DNA of 64,000 bases. It comes from a virus. Its lineage: Duplodnaviria > Caudoviricetes. Each line of letters begins with the position of its first letter. Within the stretch, counting starts at the first letter, position 1. The position numbers were made by a program, and so were the translations under genes. This document shows positions 48,357-57,639 of this stretch, in pieces. The stretch covers positions 11,886-75,885 of IMG/VR virus record IMGVR_UViG_3300023311_001083. The stretch is one strand, 5' to 3'. The notes below the pieces were generated by a model. That model had not been told where the DNA came from, made no database searches, and worked only from the letters and a program-made list of their open reading frames with translations.

Positions 48357-48581
48357 TCAACGTTTTTTTGGTGGGAGAGAGTCTTTTTCTACTCTCTTAC
48401 GATTTCGTGACTTAGCAGCACCAGCTGCTTGTTTACGTTTAGTGGTAGGCTTAGTATAAAAAAGACCATCCTTGAAGTCTTCTAATTTTCCAGATTCACC
48501 AGTTACTTTTTTAAATCGTCTAAGTAATTGATTTATATTTTCATCTGGTTTAGCATATACTCCAGTTCTAATCATCCTCAT
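48357..48581 (-). CDS. rpsU: Ribosomal protein bS21
   Basis: ENINQLLRRFKK...FYTKPTTKRK...AAKSR. Confidence 0.8.
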   Translation of the reverse strand: MRMIRTGVYAKPDENINQLLRRFKKVTGESGKLEDFKDGLFYTKPTTKRKQAAGAAKSRNRKRVEKDSLPPKKR

Positions 48582-48990
48582 CTAAATCCTCATCTATATC
48601 TAAATTATTATCAGCACGTATCTGTTCAGCCAGCCAATCTAAATTATAAATTCTATTTTTAGAAATTAAATCAAATGGAGTAGATTCATCAGATGTGATG
48701 TAATATGAATTAGGTTGTGCTAATATAAACGATATAAATTGTCTTGTGACTATATCACAATTATCAACATCAATTATAATAACATCTACTTGGAAAGCCG
48801 TACTTAGTACCCAACTTATATCATATTCATCATTTTCATAAATGAAGACGTTAATACTTTCAAATCCATTACTTAAAATAGTTTGAAATTGTTGTTTAAC
48901 ATGCATTGACGGTGCAATTAATAGATAACTAACATTCATATTAAATAATCTATCAGGTGGTGATACTAGTGTAATCTTTCCTAAATTCAT
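48568..48990 (-). CDS. Hypothetical protein with acidic tail
   Basis: 140-aa ORF. Confidence 0.55.
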   Translation of the reverse strand: MNLGKITLVSPPDRLFNMNVSYLLIAPSMHVKQQFQTILSNGFESINVFIYENDEYDISWVLSTAFQVDVIIIDVDNCDIVTRQFISFILAQPNSYYITSDESTPFDLISKNRIYNLDWLAEQIRADNNLDIDEDLDEDD

Positions 48991-49002
48991 AAACCCTTCT
49001 TG

Positions 49003-49461
49003 TTAAATTATTGTTAGTGAAACTTTTTGTATTCCACTAATACCTATTTTGGCTGCTGCTGATTTAGATAAATCAATTAATCTATGCTTAGCATATGGGC
49101 CTCTATCATTAATAACTACCTCAACTGACTTCTTATTTTTCAAATTAGTTACTAATACCTTAGTCCCAAATGGTAAACTACGGTGTGCAGCAGTTAATTT
49201 ATGTGGACTAAAAATTTCACCATTAGCAGTTTTTGGTTTTCTTTTATAACGAGGGCCTGATTCATACCCGTACCAACTAGCAATTCCTATATTATTTATC
49301 TTCTTGGGCTTACTTTCATTAGATGATTTATTGAAATGTGTAGAACTCGCTACACGACTGATTTTAATTGTATATTTCTGCGCTGAAAATACCGTGTTAG
49401 GCGTTATTAAAAAAACGCTAAAAGCGGTACACAACGCAATTTTTTTAAATTGCGATAACAT
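49003..49461 (-). CDS. rlpA: RlpA-like (DPBB) lytic transglycosylase family protein
   Basis: [37 protein letters not shown]. Confidence 0.9.
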   Translation of the reverse strand: MLSQFKKIALCTAFSVFLITPNTVFSAQKYTIKISRVASSTHFNKSSNESKPKKINNIGIASWYGYESGPRYKRKPKTANGEIFSPHKLTAAHRSLPFGTKVLVTNLKNKKSVEVVINDRGPYAKHRLIDLSKSAAAKIGISGIQKVSLTII

Positions 49462-49709
49462 ATTGTATCTCCTTTCACTTGGTGTAGTTTATACCGCAAA
49501 CTACATTACATTATGGAGAGAAGTAACACGAGGCTCATGGAACCCTTATTTTCGTGATTTCTCATCCTCCAGTGGCAGCAAATGTGTAACTGCACTTTTG
49601 GCGAGATGGCTCCCTATTTTCCGGTTTCTTATTGCCATTCTCGCAGGAATATCGTAATGAGTAAAACCGATATCCCTAACCTAGATTCTTTCGAATCATT
49701 AAGTATTTA
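49462..49709 (-). promoter_or_regulatory. TAAATA late promoter plus ~240-nt structured leader of rlpA
   Basis: GAUUC-GAAA-GAAUC; GCGAG-ATGGC/GCCAT-CTCGC stem; TGTAGTTT/AAACTACA hairpin next to RBS. Confidence 0.5.
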
Positions 49710-49764
49710 GTAAAAACATTACTAATAATAGCAATATTATACTAAAAATAATAGTTTTTGTCAA

Positions 49765-50085
49765 CTAATTTGCAAAAACTTTACTTGCACCTTTAGTTAT
49801 TTTAGCACCGCATTCATAAGTATCATCCACTCTACCAATTTTTTTACCATTGGCAAACACATTACCTGAAAATTTATTTAGTTTAGGTGTATGTGTAACA
49901 CAGGCTATACCATCATTATGCGCAGTAACTGTATCATCTTCCCTAACTACTGCTTTATTTTCTGCAAATACATTAGGTGATGCAGTGTCAGTGGTGGTGG
50001 AAGTTTTTGAATCGTTACACTTATCACCACCTATAGCACCGTGTACAGTATCCACAGCATCACCATGTCTAGCTACAGCAGGCAT
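49765..50085 (-). CDS. PAAR/gp5.4-like spike-tip protein
   Basis: ARHGD, SPNVFAE, SGNVFANGKKIGRVDD...GASKVFAN. Confidence 0.8.
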   Translation of the reverse strand: MPAVARHGDAVDTVHGAIGGDKCNDSKTSTTTDTASPNVFAENKAVVREDDTVTAHNDGIACVTHTPKLNKFSGNVFANGKKIGRVDDTYECGAKITKGASKVFAN

Positions 50086-50372
50086 TATAGTATCAACCCA
50101 GTAGTTGATCTTGTGTATTGCGTGGCTGATTCTTTATCAGATGGTTCTAATACAACAATAGTTGCTCTCATAATTTTAACATCACGATCTGGATCAACGG
50201 TAAACAAATAAGGCACCATGCCTATTCCATTATTTGCTGCAGTTAATACTCTTGGTTTATTAACTTTTAAAAAATCGTCACGTTCTTCAACTAAGGAAGC
50301 AATTAATTCTTCTCCTGATGTTAGTTTTATTGTAACTACATCACCGGGACTTACGCCTTTATCTATTAACAT
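50085..50372 (-). CDS. Hypothetical (possible Sm-like fold)
   Basis: VVTIKLTSGEELIA beta pattern; fold call is inference. Confidence 0.45.
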   Translation of the reverse strand: MLIDKGVSPGDVVTIKLTSGEELIASLVEERDDFLKVNKPRVLTAANNGIGMVPYLFTVDPDRDVKIMRATIVVLEPSDKESATQYTRSTTGLIL

Positions 50373-50815
50373 TATTTTACCTCGTCTGTATTGTATGTTT
50401 GAAAGAATATATCTTTTTGCACTGGGCCATATTCATCAGTACCATGCCTTACAATGTAATGCTCACCTTTCGAGTAAGTTAAGTCACCCCAGTTAGAATG
50501 TATTACACCATCATGATCTGCTAATTTGGCATATTTAATTATTTTTTTAGGTGTAGCAGTACCGTCACCATTATCATCATACTTATCATAGAATGACTCT
50601 GGTGGTACAGGGTACTGTTCACCTTGTGGGCCAGTTATAATTTTATGACCACGTTCATAATCTCTAGGACCTTCTAAAGTTTCAATAGTGCCTGGTTTAT
50701 GTGCAGTTTCAAAGCTAATAGGATTGCCCAATTTGAACGTTTTGAAACTACCGTGTTTGAACCATTTATCATTAATTCCTTCAAATGACTCTACTAAATC
50801 AATAAAATCTCTCAT
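50372..50815 (-). CDS. PGDYG-like protein
   Basis: TLEGP...IITGPQGEQYPV...F.DKY duplicated module. Confidence 0.55.
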   Translation of the reverse strand: MRDFIDLVESFEGINDKWFKHGSFKTFKLGNPISFETAHKPGTIETLEGPRDYERGHKIITGPQGEQYPVPPESFYDKYDDNGDGTATPKKIIKYAKLADHDGVIHSNWGDLTYSKGEHYIVRHGTDEYGPVQKDIFFQTYNTDEVK

Positions 50816-50979
50816 TATGCTACTTGAATCTCAACTAATGCACCTGCACCTGATAATTCTTGAATAACTGCTTCTATACTTGCTAAACTATCGTCAGTTA
50901 CTAATACTTCTGGTTCATCACCATCTTTTAATAATTTACTAATTTTTACTACTAAAACTTCTTCATGTAATTTTGCCAT
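50815..50979 (-). CDS. 54-aa hypothetical (not in ORF track)
   Basis: GGAG RBS; TAATG overlap with next gene. Confidence 0.6.
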   Translation of the reverse strand: MAKLHEEVLVVKISKLLKDGDEPEVLVTDDSLASIEAVIQELSGAGALVEIQVA

Positions 50980-51065
50980 TTTATTTCTCCTCATATTAAT
51001 TGATAAATAGATATAGATCGCGGAATCCTACTTCCCATCTATTCTAATCGTATAAGGATGATATT

Positions 51066-51311
51066 ATGATCAGCAAACATATTTATTCAATATTAAATTC
51101 TAAAAAAAATAATATGCATTTCGGAAAATTTTCCAACTCAACTAGCGAAATATTAAAAACGTTAGGAACACCATCGAGTATCATAAAATGGTGCAAAAAC
51201 TGTGATATAGTGATCAATCATATCCATGTTAACAAAACTGTGTAGTTAACACGTGATATGATTGGAAAAACTTTTAGGGAATTAGGATTTTATTTTGAAC
51301 CGTTTGTTTAA
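51066..51311 (+). pseudogene. Decayed free-standing endonuclease-like gene remnant
   Basis: TAAATA, hairpin leader, AAGGA RBS; in-frame TAG at 51243 then ...MIGKTFRELGFYFEPFV; no nuclease motif left. Confidence 0.4.
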
Positions 51312-52279
51312 GACCAAACGTCGCCCCAATTTCCTTGTAATGCACCTTTTGCATAATCTGTAATAGTAGTTTCGAAAAAATTCCCATGAATTGGTGCATT
51401 TATCATTTCATCAACCCAAGTCAAAGGATTTTTCTTTATTTTGTAAATACCTTTTAATCCCATAGAAATTAGCCGTCTATCACAAATATATCTAATATAT
51501 AATTTAACATCTTCTGCGGTCAAATTTTCCATTTCACCAATACTGAATGACAAATCGATAAATTTATCTTCTAATTCAACCATCTTTTCAGCAATGCAGT
51601 ATAATTCAGATTTCAACTCATCTTTCCATATATGGCGATTTTCTTCAATGTGTGTTCTAAATAATTTTATCATTCCTTCAGTATGTGCAGATTCGTCAAT
51701 TAAACTCCAAGATACAATTTGTCCCATGCCTTTCATCTTACCGTGCCTTGGGAAATTTAATAACATAACAAACGATGAAAATAATTGTAATCCTTCAGTA
51801 AATGCAGAAAACGCAGCAATTTGCTGTGCAATATTTGTTTTATCCATATTATGGAATTCTTCAAAATACTCATGCTTTTCTTTCATTTCTTTATATTCAC
51901 TAAATTCTGAATATATTTGTTCTGGCATACCAAGCGTTTCAATTAAGTGAGAATATGCTGCAACATGGATAGCTTCTCTTGCAGCAAAACCACACAGCAT
52001 CATTCTAATTTCTGGCTGAGGGAAATATGGTAAATAATTTTTTACATAGCCACCAGCAACATCTAAGTCTCCTTGGGTAAAAAATCTAAATATGTTGGTT
52101 AGAAAATATCTTTCAGCATCATTTAATTTTTTAGACCAATCTTTTACATCATCTTGCATGGCTACTTCAGTGTGTAACCAATGTGATTGTTCATGTGCCA
52201 ACCAAAAATCATATGCCCATGGATATGAAAATGGTTTATAATGTGGTCTTTCGTGTGTTAATTTATATTTTTTTGCCAT
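51308..52279 (-). CDS. nrdB: Ribonucleotide reductase class Ia beta subunit
   Basis: FFTQGD, EAIH, EGLQLFSSF, DESAH, NFFE. Confidence 0.95.
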   Translation of the reverse strand: MAKKYKLTHERPHYKPFSYPWAYDFWLAHEQSHWLHTEVAMQDDVKDWSKKLNDAERYFLTNIFRFFTQGDLDVAGGYVKNYLPYFPQPEIRMMLCGFAAREAIHVAAYSHLIETLGMPEQIYSEFSEYKEMKEKHEYFEEFHNMDKTNIAQQIAAFSAFTEGLQLFSSFVMLLNFPRHGKMKGMGQIVSWSLIDESAHTEGMIKLFRTHIEENRHIWKDELKSELYCIAEKMVELEDKFIDLSFSIGEMENLTAEDVKLYIRYICDRRLISMGLKGIYKIKKNPLTWVDEMINAPIHGNFFETTITDYAKGALQGNWGDVWS

Positions 52280-52288
52280 ATTAATTCC

Positions 52289-54073
52289 TTATTGACATGC
52301 CAAACATTCTGAATCATCGATAATTGCCGACAACTCAAGTTCTTCGATAATGTTTCTTTGTATTTGTTGAGATACCTTGTCTGCTTTATTAAGTTTATCT
52401 GACCGTAAATAATAAAGACCTTTTATTCCTTTTTTCCATGCTGAAAAATGTATTACATGGAGATATTTAATGTGAGCATCTGGTCTTACAAATACATTAA
52501 CAGATTGACCTTGGTCTATAAGTGGCGCCCTGTCAGCTGCTAGATCAATTACCCATCTTTGATCAATTTCTAATGCTGTCTTAAAAATTAATTTTTCATC
52601 ATCAGAAAGAATAGACAAATGTTGAACTGACCCGTCGTGTGCTATAATATCTTTCCAAATTTCATCAAGTTGTTTAGATGATACTTGTTTAGAAATTAAT
52701 AAGTTATTAAGCCATTTATTTTTATAAATTGAAAAACCGGATAAGGTATCTTGTCTATATGCATTTGCTCTGAATGGTTCAATGCCAGGGGACGTATTTC
52801 CCATAATAATTGAGGAAGACGCATTTGGGGCAACTGCCATGGTGTACGAAAACCTTTTATTATAACCAACTGCATCTGGACATTCTCCACGTTCATTGGC
52901 TAATTCTTCATTAACCAAATCTAAATGATACTTAATGTTTTTGAAAATCCCTATATTTAGACTTTTGGCCATTGCACATTCAAATGGAACATGTTTTTGC
53001 TGAAGGTATGAATGAAAACCCATGACACCCACACCTATGGCACGTTCACGCTTTGCAGAATATATTGCTCTATGAAGTTCAGGCGGTGCAGTAGAAATAA
53101 AAACCTCTAACACGTTATCAAGCATTTCTGCAACATCTCGGTAAAATTGGTGATCATCTTTCCATTCATCATAATAGTCCAAGTTTAATGATGCTAAGCA
53201 ACATACTGCTGTTCGTTCTTCGTTAGTACATAACTCAATTTCTTGACACAAATTTGACCCATTTATTTTTAATCCTAGGTCTTTTTGAAACTGCATTACT
53301 GCATTATTTGCAGTATCGATAAAATGCAAATACGGTTCGCCACGTTGGTGTCTAGTTTCTATTAATAACTGCCATAGATGTTTTGCTGAAATAGTGCTAG
53401 TAACTTCTTTTGAATTAGGATCAATTAAATCCCATGAATCATCATAATCTGGGTGTATCATACAATTTTCAATAATTTTCATAAACTTATCAGATATATT
53501 TACACCATGATTCATATTAGAACACCGTATATTAGGATCACCAGTCGCTTTTCGCATCTCGATAAATGGAATAATTTCGGGATGTGAAATATCTAAAAAC
53601 GCAGCGTAACTACCGCGCCGTGTTGAGCCTTGCTTATATGCTAACGCAGATGCGTCATATGTTTTTAAGTGCGGTATTACACCAGTTGATTTACTATCCG
53701 CTGACCTAATATCCATGTGTATTCCGACCCCACCACCTAACATAGAAAGAGTATTAACCTCTGACAACGTGTCTATTAATCCACGTGACGTATCTGGTAA
53801 GTATGTTAAAAAACAAGATATTGGTAAACCAGATTTATTTCTGCCATACGCTAGTTCTGGTGTTGCATAGCTTAACCAATGAGACGATGCATGATTATAT
53901 AATCGTTGAGCATGTGACATATTCGACGAAAATGCTTTCGACACATGAGCGTATCGTTGTTGGGGGGAGTCTTCTCCTTCCTTCATGTACGATTCACTAA
54001 GTCTTTTCAATCCTAACTCATCAAATAACTTATCCTTTGATAAGTCAATATTTATTCCCATCCATTCGTTCAT
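52289..54073 (-). CDS. nrdA: Ribonucleotide reductase class Ia alpha subunit (no ATP cone)
   Basis: PISCFL, GSNLCQE, VAPNASSS, GLYYLR, C-terminal CLACQ. Confidence 0.95.
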   Translation of the reverse strand: MNEWMGINIDLSKDKLFDELGLKRLSESYMKEGEDSPQQRYAHVSKAFSSNMSHAQRLYNHASSHWLSYATPELAYGRNKSGLPISCFLTYLPDTSRGLIDTLSEVNTLSMLGGGVGIHMDIRSADSKSTGVIPHLKTYDASALAYKQGSTRRGSYAAFLDISHPEIIPFIEMRKATGDPNIRCSNMNHGVNISDKFMKIIENCMIHPDYDDSWDLIDPNSKEVTSTISAKHLWQLLIETRHQRGEPYLHFIDTANNAVMQFQKDLGLKINGSNLCQEIELCTNEERTAVCCLASLNLDYYDEWKDDHQFYRDVAEMLDNVLEVFISTAPPELHRAIYSAKRERAIGVGVMGFHSYLQQKHVPFECAMAKSLNIGIFKNIKYHLDLVNEELANERGECPDAVGYNKRFSYTMAVAPNASSSIIMGNTSPGIEPFRANAYRQDTLSGFSIYKNKWLNNLLISKQVSSKQLDEIWKDIIAHDGSVQHLSILSDDEKLIFKTALEIDQRWVIDLAADRAPLIDQGQSVNVFVRPDAHIKYLHVIHFSAWKKGIKGLYYLRSDKLNKADKVSQQIQRNIIEELELSAIIDDSECLACQ

Positions 54074-54171
54074 GCGAGTCTCCGTATTTCAGCCTGTTCT
54101 TTAGCAAATTCAATTGCTTGTTTATAATCTACAGTATACGTAGATTTTGGAGTTAATAATCTTTTTGTCAT
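54070..54171 (-). pseudogene. 33-codon remnant resembling the N-terminus of a different nrdB
   Basis: AGGAG RBS, MTKRLLTPKSTYTVDYKQAIEFAKEQAEI, then ATGA overlap with nrdA. Confidence 0.5.
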
Positions 54172-54361
54172 ATCACTCCTTGTAATGTTAATTTGTCCAT
54201 ATTGAAAGTCCTGAATTGAAAAAGTATTTATATCAGTATATAACTGAATATAAATACTCTGATATAGATTTTTATTGATAAAAATCAAATACTTATGATG
54301 AAAAATTAGATTAACATCAATGTAATATTATATAGCAAAATTACATTGATGTCAAGAATTT

Positions 54362-56122
54362 TTAGAATGATGAAGAATATGTATAAGTTATTTCACCGTC
54401 TGAATAGCTTGACGTTGATGAATAACGAACAATTATTGAATATGGAACGTTTGTGCCTGGTAATATAATATTGCCATTAAAATCAAGAAGTTCTGCCACA
54501 AAAGTAAAATCTAATTCATTGCTTACTTTTAATAATCTTCCTTGTGTTACCACTACACCAACTGAATCATATTCATCATTAACAGAAATTTGCCCACTAG
54601 TAATATCCACTACAATTGATAAAGTTCCACTTCTTGCAAAATGATTTATATCACTTTTGTAAGTATAGTACACTTTGTGAGTTATTGAACTAGATGGATT
54701 TGCTCCACTACCAACTGCAATTGGTAATCTAAATAAATCACCATCTAGAGTTGTGACTGATAAGTTGATACTTCCAAAATAATCATAATGGCAGTGGCCA
54801 CCTATTTCATTATAATATGGATACGTTACTGTTGGGTCGCGCAATACAGCTGATCTATCAAATTTGTTATTAAGAGCGGTATTACCATATTTTTGAAAAT
54901 AAATATTTGGATACGCAGCACTTGTATCAGGCCCACCGTGATTATTTCCAACTAATACAAAATTACAATTTGTTACTGAGTTGTCAGATCCAATTGAAAT
55001 ATAAACACCATGTGTATAAACATCATAAAATCTATAATTCGTAATTATTACACCTTCTGGACCATATTGCTGCCCCACTATAAGACCATTAATATCTGAA
55101 TTTGTTGATGAATTAAATCCAAAAGAAAACCCTTTAAAAACATTAGAAATTAATCCATAATCAAATATATTATCATGCATATCATGAATTGAATAAACCC
55201 CATACGTAAACCCGGACATGGAAATATTTTTAAATAAGTTATAACTGCATGATACTAATTCACTAACTGCAGTAAGTTCAATGGCAAAATCTGAAACTGC
55301 ATTATTGGCTGGGGATGTCCATGCGCCTTCAAAATTTAAATTTTCAAAATGACATCTATGAACTGAATTTAATTGTAGTACTGGGTAGGTATGAAAGAGC
55401 GTTTTAATAGACATATCTTTAAGGGTTATATATCTAGGACAATTTAAATTTGTGGTATATTGAATACTGTTATTATCACTGTATGCGTCATGAATAAATT
55501 GTATAGCAGGGCCATTACCTAGATAATATATAATGGTTTTTTCAGTTCCAGAACCCACTAATGATGCATAACTAGGTATAAATATAGTGCTAGAAATACG
55601 ATATACACCAGGTAACATATTTATAGTCAATCTATTTGGAATTCCATCAGTATCATATGATTTAGCTTTTAAACTATTTTTGTAAATTTGATTAATTGCT
55701 TTTTGTAATGCTGCTGTGTCATCATCTAATCCATTACCAACTGTACCAAAATCAGTAGTATTTACTTGGTCATCAAGTCTTGATTGTAATAATCGATAAT
55801 ATGGGCTAGAAAGTGATGAGCCTGTAATAGTAGCACCATCATTTAATTTATAACTATATTGTGTTGTGCTGTCAAATGTACCACCAGAACCACCACCGCC
55901 GGGAGGAGTTACGATACTGATTATAGACGGTAAATCATCTTCAGTAAGAATTCTAGTGTTGCCAATTTCTGGAGCACCTTCCGCAATAGAGCCATTACCA
56001 ATAAATAGCTGTTGAGTATCTATCGCCCAACCTAATTCTCCACTGGCTAATTGTGGTAAACCTGTTCCGCCCTCAGCTCTTCCACGTCTATGTTGTATTT
56101 TGCTTATCTGTAAAATTGCCAC
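54362..56122 (-). CDS. Tail fibre/spike-like protein with pectate-lyase-like beta-helix
   Basis: PQLASGELGWAIDTQQLFIGNG; DFGTVGNGLDDDTAALQKAI; PGVYRIS. Confidence 0.7.
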   Translation of the reverse strand: MAILQISKIQHRRGRAEGGTGLPQLASGELGWAIDTQQLFIGNGSIAEGAPEIGNTRILTEDDLPSIISIVTPPGGGGSGGTFDSTTQYSYKLNDGATITGSSLSSPYYRLLQSRLDDQVNTTDFGTVGNGLDDDTAALQKAINQIYKNSLKAKSYDTDGIPNRLTINMLPGVYRISSTIFIPSYASLVGSGTEKTIIYYLGNGPAIQFIHDAYSDNNSIQYTTNLNCPRYITLKDMSIKTLFHTYPVLQLNSVHRCHFENLNFEGAWTSPANNAVSDFAIELTAVSELVSCSYNLFKNISMSGFTYGVYSIHDMHDNIFDYGLISNVFKGFSFGFNSSTNSDINGLIVGQQYGPEGVIITNYRFYDVYTHGVYISIGSDNSVTNCNFVLVGNNHGGPDTSAAYPNIYFQKYGNTALNNKFDRSAVLRDPTVTYPYYNEIGGHCHYDYFGSINLSVTTLDGDLFRLPIAVGSGANPSSSITHKVYYTYKSDINHFARSGTLSIVVDITSGQISVNDEYDSVGVVVTQGRLLKVSNELDFTFVAELLDFNGNIILPGTNVPYSIIVRYSSTSSYSDGEITYTYSSSF

Positions 56123-56220
56123 TATATTTCTCCGAGTAATTAACTTATCTATTATTTATCAGAAAAACATGACAATTAAGGGTGTGATTGTGCGTTATAA
56201 TTAATAACGCACTAATAAAA

Positions 56221-56622
56221 TTAAGATAACGTTAAAGAAGTTGCAACAGTTACAGTGGTATGGCTAATATCAATTGAATTAGGACCAATGCTAGTTAAAG
56301 ATGAATCGGCTAATTTACCTATAGAGCGTATTCTAGTTTGTAATTCAGCTGCACTATCAATTGATAAATCTACTACAACATTAATTACACCAGTGTTGCT
56401 ATTTACTATAAAATATGCCAATGGATTAATTTCGCGGATAATTGCTTCGGCAACTCCCACTTTATCAACAATAGCATCCCCGCCACTAGTATCTTCAAAT
56501 CTTAAATCAATTATCGTATCATTAGTATCTTTTACTACTATTGTAAATAAATTGCAATTATTTGTATATAGTGTTCCTGCAGCTGCAGCAGCACCATGTG
56601 TTCTTGTTACTTCAAAAGTCAT
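56221..56622 (-). CDS. Hypothetical, probable virion protein
   Basis: GGAG RBS, TAAATA upstream. Confidence 0.5.
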   Translation of the reverse strand: MTFEVTRTHGAAAAAGTLYTNNCNLFTIVVKDTNDTIIDLRFEDTSGGDAIVDKVGVAEAIIREINPLAYFIVNSNTGVINVVVDLSIDSAAELQTRIRSIGKLADSSLTSIGPNSIDISHTTVTVATSLTLS

Positions 56623-56639
56623 TGTACTATCTCCTGTTA

Positions 56640-57341
56640 TTACGTATTTATTAAATTTTTATAATATAATTCTACTTTGTCCCACATTTTATTTTCATAA
56701 AATTTCCACTCTTCTCCTTCTATTATAAATTCTTGAAATTCATAATGTTGTGAACACATTAAGATGACACCTTTTTGTATATTAGTATTATAAAGTTTAT
56801 TGTGTGCAGTTCCATAGAAAACTAATTGTAAAAAATAATCATCAATCCATTCTCGTTTTTTAGGTTTATTCGTTTGTTTATAATCTATTATGCATTCCTT
56901 ATTAAGATGAATACCAGCACAATCTGTAGTTCCAGCATATAATCCCGGATAGTATAACGGTATTTCAATGCCCCAAATTTCATTTATATCAATGAAACTG
57001 TTAGATATAATAGTGTCGGCCATTTTATGACTTTGTATACTATACGGATTTGAACCAGACGGTCCAAGTGAGCCAGTTGTACAATAATCTTCTAAGAATT
57101 TATGCATTCTGGTTCCTCTAGCTGCAGCAGTTGAAGTAATTTCTTCTGCAGTTTTATAACCGACTTTTTTACGCCAATTTTCTAAAATTTCTTTTTTTTC
57201 TTCACTTGCTGTTGCTGATAATATAGACGTTACTGACGGTAATTTCTCACCGTCAGGGGTTGCATAATAACGTTGACCATTAATATTTTCACGGTAAATA
57301 TGTGTATAGTTAAATTTAGTTAAAAGCTTTTTTTGTTGCAC
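56640..57341 (-). CDS. PD-(D/E)XK exonuclease (Cas4/lambda-exo-like)
   Basis: LPSVTSIL, RGTRMH, YAGTTD, IIDYKQT, YFLQLVFY; start uncertain (GTG). Confidence 0.8.
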   Translation of the reverse strand: MQQKKLLTKFNYTHIYRENINGQRYYATPDGEKLPSVTSILSATASEEKKEILENWRKKVGYKTAEEITSTAAARGTRMHKFLEDYCTTGSLGPSGSNPYSIQSHKMADTIISNSFIDINEIWGIEIPLYYPGLYAGTTDCAGIHLNKECIIDYKQTNKPKKREWIDDYFLQLVFYGTAHNKLYNTNIQKGVILMCSQHYEFQEFIIEGEEWKFYENKMWDKVELYYKNLINT

Positions 57342-57639
57342 GTTTTGCCATCTTAGTCACTGCACCTGTACTGGCTGGTTCTTCTGGTACTTCAGGAGTT
57401 GACATAACATCAGTTATTAATGTAATTCCTTCCTCTTTAGAAAAATCACTAACTATTTTTTGAATGTCAGGATTTGTATCCCAAAGATTTGAAAAACCAG
57501 TAAAATCTACTTTTGGTGAGTTAACTGGGAGTAAGTTATTAAGGGAAACCCAGTCTAATTTAGCCTGGGTTTGATTATTATTTGCTGATGTTTGTATTTG
57601 TCTTAATGTGGATATGATTGGTTCAATTGTTTCAATTAT
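57316..57639 (-). CDS. Start-less 107-codon ORF in the -1 frame of the upstream gene
   Basis: IIETIEPIISTLRQIQ...TKMAKRATKKAFN*; no ATG/GTG/TTG near its 5' end; begins at the A11 run. Confidence 0.55.
   Translation of the reverse strand: MIETIEPIISTLRQIQTSANNNQTQAKLDWVSLNNLLPVNSPKVDFTGFSNLWDTNPDIQKIVSDFSKEEGITLITDVMSTPEVPEEPASTGAVTKMAKRATKKAFN

Noticed and set aside
49462-49709. c-di-GMP-I or c-di-AMP riboswitch call
   Set aside because: Only the GAAA tetraloop matches; the conserved core nucleotides of either family are not evident.
51243-51245. Stop-codon reassignment (TAG read-through)
   Set aside because: All long conserved genes are intact under the standard code, and TAG ends the PAAR gene at its natural terminus.
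52289-54073. Intein or intron in nrdA/nrdB
   Set aside because: Both have compact lengths with contiguous catalytic motifs.
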